Source of the DNA: Eledone cirrhosa
Taxonomy: Eukaryota
Length of the DNA: 64,000 nt
Reading direction: 5' to 3'
Assembly: GCA_964016885.1 (NCBI GenBank)
Contig: OZ024741.1
Coordinates: 224,316,001-224,380,000 of the forward strand
Made by a program: the position numbers and the translations under genes. Within the stretch, counting starts at the first letter, position 1. Each line of letters opens with the position of its first letter. The notes under the pieces were generated by a model, which was given only the letters and a program-made list of their open reading frames with translations, did no database searches and was not told the DNA's origin. This document shows, one piece after another, positions 51,704 to 64,000 of this stretch.

Positions 51704-52371
51704 GCAACAGCAACAATAACAACAACAGCAACAATAACAACAACAGCAACAACAACAACAGCAGAAGTTTTTCAGCCAGAAGTTTTTCAGCCAGAAGTTT
51801 TTCAGCCAGAAGTTTTTCAGCCAGAAGTTTTTCACCTCTTTCTGTTCAAATTGGCTGTGACCAGCAGCTCATACTTATGTTAAGGTATTGTTCTCATAAT
51901 AAATAACATCAACATCTCGTAGATTGGATATTATGTAAGATAATTATGTGAGGGAAAGCCTTTAACAATTGTAAATATAGAGTAATATAAATGCTAAAGA
52001 GTTAAATAAAGGAAACAGGAATAACACATTGGACAATGCAGCTCTTGATATACAGAAAGATAGGATGGTCACGGCTGGAATGTCTTTAATTGCAGGTCTC
52101 CATTGTCAATGCTGATTAAGGTCTAAACAGCAAGAACAAGAACAACACACAACAACAGCAACAGTAGTAGCAGCAGCAACAACAACAAATTCTCTCATTT
52201 TTAGAACTTGATCTAACATGTAACTACAAAAGCAATCATTAATTCACACTTTAGAAACATCAACAACAACAACAACACAACAACAACATCAACAACACAA
52301 CAACACAACAACAACATCAACAACACAACAACAACAACACAACAACAACAACACAACGACAACAACAACAT

Positions 52372-52417
<46 letters not shown>

Positions 52418-52586
52418 GCAACATCAACAACAACAACACAACAACAACACAACAACATCAACAACAACACAACAACAACAACAACACAACAACAACATCA
52501 ACAACAACACAACATCAACAACAACACAACATCAACATCAACAACAACAACAACAACAGCAGCAACAATAACAACAACAACAACAG

Positions 52587-52633
<47 letters not shown>

Positions 52634-52716
52634 GCAACAATAACAACAACAGCAACAATAACAACAACAGCAACAACAACAACAGCAACAACAGCAACAG
52701 CAACAACAGCAACAGC

Positions 52717-52747
<31 letters not shown>

Positions 52748-52791
52748 GCAACAATAACAACAACAGCAACAATAATAACAACAACAACAGC

Positions 52792-52852
<61 letters not shown>

Positions 52853-53484
52853 GCAACAATAACAACAACAGCAACAATAACAACAACAGCAACAACAACA
52901 ACAGCAGAAGTTTTTCAGCCAGAAGTTTTTCAGCCAGAAGTTTTTCACCTCTTTCTGTTCAAATTGGCTGTGACCAGCAGCTCATACTTATGTTAAGGTA
53001 TTGTTCTCATAATAAATAACATCAACATCTCGTAGATTGGATATTATGTAAGATAATTATGTGAGGGAAAGCCTTTAACAATTGTAAATATAGAGTAATA
53101 TAAATGCTAAAGAGTTAAATAAAGGAAACAGGAATAACACATTGGACAATGCAGCTCTTGATATACAGAAAGATAGGATGGTCACGGCTGGAATGTCTTT
53201 AATTGCAGGTCTCCATTGTCAATGCTGATTAAGGTCTAAACAGCAAGAACAAGAACAACACACAACAACAGCAACAGTAGTAGCAGCAGCAACAACAACA
53301 AATTCTCTCATTTTTAGAACTTGATCTAACATGTAACTACAAAAGCAATCATTAATTCACACTTTAGAAACATCAACAACAACAACAACACAACAACAAC
53401 ATCAACAACACAACAACACAACAACAACATCAACAACACAACAACAACAACACAACAACAACAACACAACGACAACAACAACAT

Positions 53485-53530
<46 letters not shown>

Positions 53531-53702
53531 GCAACATCAACAACAACAACACAACAACAACACAACAACATCAACAACAACACAACAACAACAACAACAC
53601 AACAACAACATCAACAACAACACAACATCAACAACAACACAACAACATCAACATCAACAACAACAACAACAACAGCAGCAACAATAACAACAACAACAAC
53701 AG

Positions 53703-53749
<47 letters not shown>

Positions 53750-53897
53750 GCAACAATAACAACAACAGCAACAATAACAACAACAGCAACAACAACAACA
53801 GCAACAACAGCAACAGCAACAACAGCAACAGCAACAACAACAACAACAACAACAACAGCAACAATAACAACAACAGCAACAATAACAACAACAACAG

Positions 53898-53950
<53 letters not shown>

Positions 53951-54128
53951 GCAACAATAACAACAACAGCAACAATAACAACAACAGCAACAACAACAAC
54001 AGCAACAACAGCAACAGCAACAACAGCAACAGCAACAACAACAACAACAACAACAGCAACAATAACAACAACAGCAACAATAACAACAACAACAACAACA
54101 ACAGCAACAACATCAACAACAACAACAG

Positions 54129-54160
<32 letters not shown>

Positions 54161-54341
54161 GCAACAATAACAACAACAGCAACAACAACAACAGCAACAA
54201 CAGCAACAGCAACAACAGCAACAGCAACAACAACAACAACAACAACAACAGCAACAACAACAACAACAACATCAACATCAAACAACAACAGCAACAACAA
54301 CAACAACAACAATAACGACAACAACAACAACAGCAACAACA

Positions 54342-54375
<34 letters not shown>

Positions 54376-54390
54376 TAACAACAACATACA
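50461..54390. repeat. three-copy tandem array: partial MITE + unique spacer + (CAA/CAG)n
   Basis: Units start CAGAAGTTTTTCACC at 50461, 51822 and 52935; the non-microsatellite parts appear identical. Confidence 0.93.
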
Positions 54391-54784
54391 ATAAACTTTT
54401 ATCATGCTCTACCAACCATCATCTCTGCCCCTTATTTATGAATGTTTCCTTACAGTGATGATGATGATGTTAATGACTGTGGTGTTGGTGTTGGTTCTTT
54501 CTTTCTTGCTTTCTTTCTTTCTTTCTTTCATTCTTTCTTTCTTTCTTTCTTTCTTATACTATTTATCCATTCATGAAGCTGCAATCAGAATCTTGAAATT
54601 GAAATTCTGAAGATGACTTTGGGAATCAAGTAAAAGCTGGGTGATAAATAGGATGAGAGAGAGAGAGAGGGGGGACAGAGAGAGGGGACAGAGAGGGGGA
54701 CAGAGAGGGGGACAGGGAGAGGGGGGAGAGAGGGAAGAAAATAATAGCATAAATAAATAGATGACTACAACAGTAACAGCTAAA

Positions 54785-55309
54785 TAACAACACCACCACC
54801 ACCAACAACAACAACTACAACAACAACAACAACAGCAACAACAACAACAGCAACTACAACTACAACTACAACAACAACAACAAGTACACCACCAACAACA
54901 ACTAGAACTACAACTACAACAACAACAACAACACCACCGCCACCAACAACACCACCAACAACAACAACAACACCACCACCACCACCACCACCAACACCGA
55001 CAACAACAACAACACCACCACCACCAACACCAACAACAACACCACCACCACCACCAACACCAACACCACCACCACCACCACCACCACCAACACCAACAAC
55101 AACACCAACACCACCAACACCGACATCAACAACAACACCACCACCACCACCACCACCAACACCGACAACAACAACACCACCACCACCAACACCAACAACA
55201 ACACCACCACCACCACCAACACCAACACCACCACCACCACCAACACCAACAACAACAACAACACCACCACCACCACACCACCACCAACACCGACAACAAC
55301 AACAACACC

Positions 55310-55341
<32 letters not shown>

Positions 55342-56911
55342 CACCACCACCACCACCACCAACACCAACAACAACACCACCACCACCACCACCAACACCA
55401 ACAACACCACCACCACCAACACCAACAACAACAACACCACCACCACCACCACCACCACCAACACCGACAACAACACCAACACCACCACCACCAACAACAA
55501 CAACAACACCACCACCACCACCAACACCAACAACAACAACACCACCACTACCAACACCAACAACAACAACACCACCACCACCACCACCACCAACACCACC
55601 ACCACCAACAACAACAACAACACCACCACCACCACCAACACCACCACCAACACCAACAACAACAACACCACCACCACAACCACCACCACCACCACCAACA
55701 CCAACAACAACAACAACAACAACACCACCACCACCACCACCAACACCACCACCACCACCAACACCACCACCACCAACAAGAACAACACCACCACCACCAC
55801 CACCACCACCACCACCACCACCACCACCACCACCACCACCAACAACAACAACACCAACAACAACAACAACACCACCACCACCAACACCACCAACAACAAA
55901 ACCACCACCACCACCAACACCACCACCACCACCAACAACAACACCACCACCACCAACACCAACAACAACAACAACAACACCACCACCACCACCACCACCA
56001 ACACCACCACCACCACCACCAACAACAACAACACCACCACCACCACCACCACCAACACCAACAACAACAACACCACCACTACCACCAACAACAACACCAC
56101 CACCACCACCACCAGCATCACCACCACCACCACCACCAACACCAACAACAACACCACCACCACCACCACCACCAACACCACCAACAACAACACCACCACA
56201 ACCACCACCACCACCAACACCACCAACAACAACACCACCACCACCACCAGCACCACCACCACCACCACCACCAACAACACCACCACCACCACCACCACCA
56301 CCAACACCACCAACAACAACACCACCACCACCACCACCACCACCACCACCACCACCACCTCCACCAACAACACCACCACCAACAACAACAACACCACCAC
56401 CACCACCACCACCACCAACACCACCAACAACAACACCACCACCACCACCACCACCACCACCAACACCACCACCAACAACAACAACACCACCACCAACAAC
56501 AACACCACCACCACCAACACCACCAACAACAACACCACCACCACCACCACCACCACCATCACCACCACCACCACCACCACCACCAACACCAACAACAACA
56601 CCACCACCACCACCACCACCACCACCAACACCACCAACAACAACACCACCACCACCACCACCACCACCAGCACCACCACCAACAACACCACCAACACCAA
56701 CAACACCACCACCACCACCACCACCAACACCAACAACAACACCAACACCAACAACACCACCACCACCACCAGCACCACCACCAGCACCACCACCAGCACC
56801 ACCACCACCACCACCACCAACAACACCAACAACAACAACAACACCACCACCAACAACAACACCACCACCACCAACACCACCAACAACAACACCACCACCA
56901 CCACCACCACC

Positions 56912-56942
<31 letters not shown>

Positions 56943-59005
56943 ACACCAACAACAACACCACCACCACCACCACCACCACCAACACCACCAACAACAACAC
57001 CACCACCACCACCACCACCACCAGCACCACCACCAACAACACCACCAACACCAACAACACCACCACCACCACCACCACCAACACCAACAACAACACCACC
57101 ACCACCACCACCACCACCAACACCACCAACAACAACACCACCACCACCACCACCACCACCAGCACCACCACCAACAACACCACCAACACCAACAACACCA
57201 CCACCACCACCACCACCAACACCAACAACAACACCACCACCACCACCACCACCACCAACACCACCAACAACAACACCACCACCACCACCACCACCACCAG
57301 CACCACCACCAACAACACCACCAACACCAACAACACCTCCACCACCACCACCAACACCACCAACAACAACACCACCACCACCACCACCACCACCATCACC
57401 ACCACCACCACCACCACCACCAACACCAACAACAACACCACCACCACCACCACCACCACCACCACCAACACCACCAACAACAACACCACCACCACCACCA
57501 CCACCACCAGCACCACCACCAACAACACCACCAACACCAACAACACCACCACCACCACCACCACCAACACCAACAACAACACCACCACCACCACCACCAC
57601 CACCAACACCACCAACAACAACACCACCACCACCACCACCACCACCAGCACCACCACCAACAACACCACCAACACCAACAACACCACCACCACCACCACC
57701 AACACCACCAACAACAACACCACCACCACCACCACCACCACCATCACCACCACCACCACCACCACCACCAACACCAACAACAACACCACCACCACCACCA
57801 CCACCACCACCAACACCACCAACAACAACACCACCACCACCACCACCACCACCAGCACCACCACCAACAACACCACCAACACCAACAACACCACCACCAC
57901 CACCACCACCAACACCAACAACAACACCACCACCACCACCACCACCACCACCAACACCACCAACAACAACACCACCACCACCACCACCACCACCAGCACC
58001 ACCACCAACAACACCACCAACACCAACAACACCACCACCACCACCACCAACACCACCAACAACAACACCACCACCACCACCACCACCACCATCACCACCA
58101 CCACCACCACCACCACCAACACCAACAACAACACCACCACCACCACCACCACCACCACCAACACCACCAACAACAACACCACCACCACCACCACCACCAC
58201 CAACACCACCACCAACAACACCACCAACACCAACAACACCACCACCACCACCACCACCAACACCAACAACAACACCACCACCACCACCACCACCACCACC
58301 AACACCACCAACAACAACACCACCACCACCACCACCACCACCAGCACCACCACCAACAACACCACCAACACCAACAACACCACCACCACCACCACCAACA
58401 CCACCAACAACAACACCACCACCACCACCACCACCACCATCACCACCACCACCACCACCACCACCAACACCAACAACAACACCACCACCACCACCACCAC
58501 CACCACCAACACCACCAACAACAACACCACCACCACCACCACCACCACCAGCACCACCACCAACAACACCACCAACACCAACAACACCACCACCACCACC
58601 ACCACCAACACCAACAACAACACCACCACCACCACCACCACCACCACCAACACCACCAACAACAACACCACCACCACCACCACCACCACCAGCACCACCA
58701 CCAACAACACCACCAACACCAACAACACCACCACCACCACCACCAACACCACCAACAACAACACCACCACCACCACCACCACCACCACCACCACCACCAC
58801 CACCAACACCAACAACAACACCACCACCACCACCACCACCACCAACACCACCAACAACACCACCACCACCACCACCACCAGCAACACCAACAACACCACC
58901 ACCAACACCAACAACACCACCACCACCACCACCAGCAACACCAACAACACCACCACCAACACCAACAACACCACCACCACCACCAGCACCACCACCAGCA
59001 CCACC

Positions 59006-59036
<31 letters not shown>

Positions 59037-59174
59037 ACACCAACAACAACACCACCACCACCACCACCACAACCAACAACAACAACAATCATAACAACAA
59101 TGGCTATTACAACAACAACAACAACAACAATGGCTATTACAACAACAACAACAACAATAACAACATTGGCTATT

Positions 59175-59213
<39 letters not shown>

Positions 59214-59470
59214 GCTATTACAACAACAACAACAACAACAACAATAACAACAATGGCTACAACAACAACAACAACAACAACAACAGCAACAACAACAGCA
59301 ACAACAACAATAACAACAATGGCTATTACAACAACAACAACAACAACAACAACAATAACAACAATGGCTACAACAACAACAACAACAACAACAACAGCAA
59401 CAACAACAGCAACAACAACAATAACAACAATGGCTATTACAACAACAACAACAAAAACAACAACAAGAAT
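54785..59470. repeat. (CCA/CAA)n cryptic triplet satellite with a 348-bp higher-order period
   Basis: Rare CAT triplets at 57394, 57742, 58090 and 58438. Confidence 0.9.
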
Positions 59471-59534
59471 AAAGTTTATTTATATTTTATGGCTGAAAGT
59501 TAATGAGAAATGTGATAAGGATAGAATTTGGTAA

Positions 59535-60127
59535 AGATGGGGATGGTGGTGGTGGTGGTGGTGGTGGTGGTGATGGTGGGGATGGTGGTGGTGATGGTGG
59601 GGATGGTGAGGATGGTGGGGATGATGGTGGTGATGGTGGGGATGGTGGTGGTGATGGGGATGATGGTGGGGATGGTGTTGGTGGTGGTGATGGTGGGGAT
59701 GGTGGTGGGGATGGTGGTGGTGATGGTGCTGGGGATGGTGCTGGGGATGGTGCTGGGGATGGTGGTGGTGGTGGTGGTGATGGTGGTAGTGGTGATGGGG
59801 ATGATGATGGTGGTGATGGTGGTGGTGATGGGGATGATGATGGTGGTGATGGTGGTGGTGATGGGGATGATGATGGTGGTGGTGGTGATGATGGTGGTGA
59901 TGGTGGTGGTGATGGTGGGGATGGTGGTGGTGGTGGTGATGTGGATGGTGGTAGTGATGGTGATGATGGAGGTGGTGATGGAGATGGTGATGGAGGGTGA
60001 TGGTGGTGGTGGTGGTGGTGGTGATGTTGATAGTAATGGTGGTGGCGATGTTGATGGTGAGGGTGGTGGTGGTGATGGTGGTAGTGGTGGTGATGTGGAT
60101 GATGATGATGATGATGGTGATGATGAT
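59535..60127. repeat. (GGT/GAT/GGG)n triplet tract
   Basis: Read directly from the sequence. Confidence 0.9.
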
Positions 60128-60914
60128 TCTGAGAACTGATAGTAATGAGGATTATAATGTCTTTCTTGTCAATCTTTTGTCATTATTTATGTCCTTATCA
60201 ACATCATTCTCCCATCTTCATTATCTCCCTTCCCACCCCTTTCTCTCTATCACCATCATCATCATAATCAGCAACATCAATCTTAGATTAGTGAGTTGGT
60301 CCCAGGGTTACTTACTCCAGTAAACACCACCGGATCCCAACTACTAAATTTAATAGAAATAAGATATAGTAGAATTTTTCATACAATTTTCTTTTTGTGA
60401 GAATTATCTCTCACTACATTTGAAGTAATGAGGCATGATAAGCTTCTCAAAAGGAGTATCAAAATAACTTGTGTTTATTGTAGTCCGTGTATTACAAATG
60501 GGGTAAACAAATGTGCCTCGTGGCAGGACAAGGTATAATCCTGAATTATAAGATATGGTTGGAAAAAAGTTAGCATGCTTGCGCTCGATGTCACCAGTTT
60601 GAGAGGTGCCGCCAAAAAGAGTAAGTGAGCAAGAGAGGTTGAGTGACGTCAGAACACTCCCTTATATACTGGCCACGGGGAAGTAACTCCAATTAGTTTT
60701 TTTCTCCCCGGGCAAAGAGGTGCTAGTCGCTACACTATTGGCATTGAAATTTTCATTGTCATCAATGGCATTGCTGACACCATCATCATCATTGTCATCT
60801 TTGAAGTCATCATCATTGTCATCCTTGTCGTCATTATCATCTCCACCCACATGACCACAGCTACTTCATCATTTTGACCAGCATCCCCACCACAACCATC
60901 ACTGCCACCGCCAC

Positions 60915-61345
60915 TGGGGTTCTTTTTATTGTTGTACCAGTATGATCATCTTATAGGGTAGATTGGGTGCTTTTTGTCATAGTACTAGCATGACAACCAT
61001 TTGAAGGTGGGTAGGGTGCTTTTTGTTGTAGCACTAGTATGATAACCTTACAGGGTGCTTTTTGTTGTAGCACTACTATGACAACCTTACAGGGTCCTTT
61101 TTGTTGTAGCACTAGTATGACAACCTTACAGGGTCATTTTTTGTTGTAGCACTACTATGACAACTTTACAGGGTGCTTCTTGTTGTAGCACTAGTATGAC
61201 AACCTTACAGGGTGCTTTCTGTTGTAGCACTAGTATGACAACCTTACAGGGTGCTTCTTGTTGTAGCACTACTATGACAACCTTACAGGGTGCTTCTTGT
61301 TGTAGCACTACTATGACAACCTTACAGAGTAGACTGGGTGCTTTT
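60915..61345. repeat. 38-39-bp minisatellite (GGGTGCTTYTTGTTGTAGCACTASTATGACAACCTTACA)
   Basis: About eight clear units plus degenerate 5' units. Confidence 0.92.
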
Positions 61346-61349
61346 TGAA

Positions 61350-61571
61350 GGCGGTGAATTGGCAGTATCGGTATGGGGTTGGATGCCATGCTTTGCAGCA
61401 TAGAATTACGGCCCTTTATGATCTGAGTTCAAATCCCACTGAGGTTAACTTTGCCTTTCATCCTTACGGAGTCGATAAAATAAAGCACCAGTAACGTACT
61501 GGGGTCGATTTAATCGACTTTCCCCTCCTCCCAAATTACTGGTCTAGTGCCTATACTAGGAATCATTATTA
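61350..61571 (+). mobile_element. tRNA-derived SINE family A, long form (also about 48121-48337 +, 34700-34856 -, 34543-34690 -, 24294-24500 -, 32960-33170 +)
   Basis: A box TGGCAGTATCGG, B box GAGTTCAAATCC, body AACTTTGCCTTTCATCC..GGGGTCGATAAAATAAAG, internal GGGGTCGATTTAATCGACTTTCCCC, (ATT)n tail. Confidence 0.88.
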
Positions 61572-61576
61572 AATAA

Positions 61577-61766
61577 GGTGGTGGATTGGCAGTATCGGTA
61601 GAGGGTCGGATGCTATGCTTTGCAGCATAGAGTTACGGCCCTTTACCTTCTGAGTTCAAATCCAAAGTTAACTTTGCCCTTCATCCTTACGGGATCGATA
61701 AAATAAAGTACCTGTAATGCACTGGGGTAATTGCTGGCCTTGTGCCAAAAGTAGAAAGAATTATTA
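61577..61766 (+). mobile_element. SINE family A, short form (also about 39853-40048, 47608-47798, 25510-25670, 17400-17523, 13180-13272)
   Basis: Same head and body, but GCACTGGG(G) joins directly to TAATTGCTGGCC and the palindromic segment is missing. Confidence 0.88.
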
Positions 61767-62339
61767 AATATCTGTTTCCTCCTGCCCACCTGGGCCAAAT
61801 AGGCTGTCACAATCTGAGACTTGGCCAGACAGGATAGCACTTTAAGTTCATACTGTTTTTGTTTTGGCATAGCCTACATGGCTGGATGCTCTTCCGAACC
61901 CCTGTGAAGCATTTTATCATGGTACAAGGTGGAAATATTGGACTTTCCATCTTGGCATGGGTAGGATGGGGAGGGGTGTCATCTGTCTTTGTATGTTGGT
62001 ATGGGTTGGGTTGGGCTGGGTTAGGAGGGGATAAAGATGGGGCTGCTTTTCCATGATGGAACATTGTACAAGCTGGGGAGCTGTCTTTCTATGCTGGTAG
62101 GTGTTCTTGTTGGCTGCGCAAGTTGTGTATGAAGGAAGTGAGTGGTGGAGGATTAAGATAGGATCTTAGATAATGAGGGTGTAAGGATGGGTGAGTGTTA
62201 AAATGGGAGAGGTGTATGATTGAGATTGGTGCAGACTACTGTCCTATCCGTGCTTGTTTCATCCTGTATGCATGGGAAGGCAGATCTTATGCTGTATGAC
62301 ATGTCACCAGAGAACTTGATCCAGTGACACCTTTGAGAG

Positions 62340-62850
62340 GTTTAATTGTGTGAGATCAGCTTTTACCACATCACCCCAAGCTTTCCTAGGTGTTCCTCTT
62401 CCATAGTTTCTATCAACTACACATTTTTATGCCGCTGTCATCCTCCATATGTATTACATGTCCAAACCACTGCAGTCTTATCTCCTGCACACTGCATCTG
62501 GCCCCTTTTATGCTCAGTTTCTTTCTCAATGCATTGATGCTTCATCACTCATGTACACTGCTATTACACATCCATTGGAGTATGCACATCTTATTTCTTT
62601 CAATCTTCATAGGTCCTCTGCACACAGAGCCCAAGACTCACATACATGCAGCATTGCTGTTTGTATACAAGCATCATACAATCTGCCTTTCATTTTGAGG
62701 GAAAAACCTTTTGTCACTAGCAGTGATAGTAGATTCTGGAACTTTTTCCAGCTTGTTCCCACTCTGACTACTGTGTTTTCAGAACACCCCCTGCTAATTT
62801 GGTCGCCCAGATAACAGAAACTGTCAACTACTTCTAGGGAGCTCTCTGAG
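62340..62850 (-). mobile_element. decayed RTE C-terminal fragment
   Basis: Minus strand FCYLGDQIS, KKFQ.LL.L..KGFS.KMKGRLYDAC and WFGHV remnants. Confidence 0.75.
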
Positions 62851-63420
62851 CATATATGTATATATCTTATATAATCGAATATCAGCTGACCTATTTTTTA
62901 TCTGAGAAATGGGCAAAAAGCCAAACCCCATATATAAGCTGAAACAACTAATCAACACATATTTAAATGGCATGGTTTTGAAATACTCATGAGTATAAAA
63001 TATATTTATGAAGTTTTAATATTTTGCTGTTTAAAATGTTTTAAGTGTCATTTAAAGAATAGTTTTTGTTTCACAACTCCATTACATAATCCTTTTTTAT
63101 CATTTCATCTGTTTTATAAAGTTTCAGGTTTCTTGAATTTTTGTTTAATTCTAGCTACTCACATGCTGGGATTACATTGAAAGCAAGAGATTGAATAAGA
63201 GAACTTTGTATAAGAGAACATTGTATAAGAATTCATAGTGTAGAAGAGGGAGGGAGAAACAGCAAGTAAGAGAGAGGAGAGTGGCAGAGCAAGAAAAAGA
63301 GAGGGCAAGAGTGAGAAAAGGGAGAGAGAGAGTGAAAGCAATAAAATAAAAATCAGAAATATGATTGAAAGAAAAAGTATTATTAAGTCAGGGAAAAACA
63401 GTCAATGCACATGTGCATGT

Positions 63421-63482
<62 letters not shown>

Positions 63483-64000
63483 ACGAATGTGAGCATCTAT
63501 GTGTATGGGATATTTATGTATTCAAATTTGAAAATACATAAAAATAAATAAAACTTTGTTAGAAATATTTTCAAGGGAATGCATAAATAACACTAATGAC
63601 GATATAGTAAATGTAGAAAAACTGTTTCATTGTACAATAATCACTCCAGATATTTTAGCACCTTATTTACATAGAATTTGAAGTTGGTGAAAATCAGCAA
63701 AATATTGGCTTCAAATATAAGCCGACTCATATTTTACCATCGATTTTTTAATGTCACATATGAATGTATATGTGTGAATGTATGCATAGATGATTATGTG
63801 TCTCTTGGTGTGTGCATGCTGATTGGTCAATACCCATTTTTGGTGGGGTGTGTACATTGTCTGGTGCCGGATATAGGCAGGTGAAATTTTGGCTTTGCCT
63901 GATTAACAAGTCTGAGGAGCAGATTGGGCTGGAGTCGGATCTATAGCACGAATATAAATCCTAAGCCACCCAACTGTGAAACAGTCATAACTATGTATAA

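Noticed and set aside
54914-59092. 1392-aa Gly/Val-rich ORF and overlapping 1320-aa Val/Leu ORF as structural proteins
   Set aside because: Almost only GGT/GTT codons, open in several frames, with no credible start or signal peptide; a by-product of a triplet satellite.
60915-61345. CRISPR-like array
   Set aside because: Contiguous tandem units without unique spacers.

Overview
AT-rich, intron- and repeat-dense animal genomic DNA. The SINE, MITE, RTE and microsatellite content suggests an octopus-like cephalopod, but this is inference only. The one host protein-coding gene I can support is the 3' end of an ARID1/osa (BAF250) SWI/SNF subunit on the + strand: a 127-nt exon (3739-3865), a large terminal exon (7943-10113) and a ~2.6-kb TE-free putative 3' UTR. 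The rest is a nested transposon landscape. It contains a decayed mariner, two TTAA-flanked MITE families, a hAT MITE, a non-autonomous Helitron, RTE LINEs carrying a PHD-type finger inside the RT region, CR1- and L1/Tx1-like LINEs, a 5'-inverted Penelope-like element, two tRNA-derived SINE families, and large satellites with higher-order structure. The most notable observations are: (1) a dispersed set of minimal type I hammerhead-ribozyme-like motifs in short Penelope-LTR-like inserts, including an inverted pair and a possible U3:A8 core variant; (2) a ~225-nt intronic hairpin in ARID1 whose mismatches are nearly all G:U on the sense strand; (3) a candidate 21-nt frame-preserving ARID1 microexon. 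Most long ORFs in the supplied track are microsatellite artefacts.
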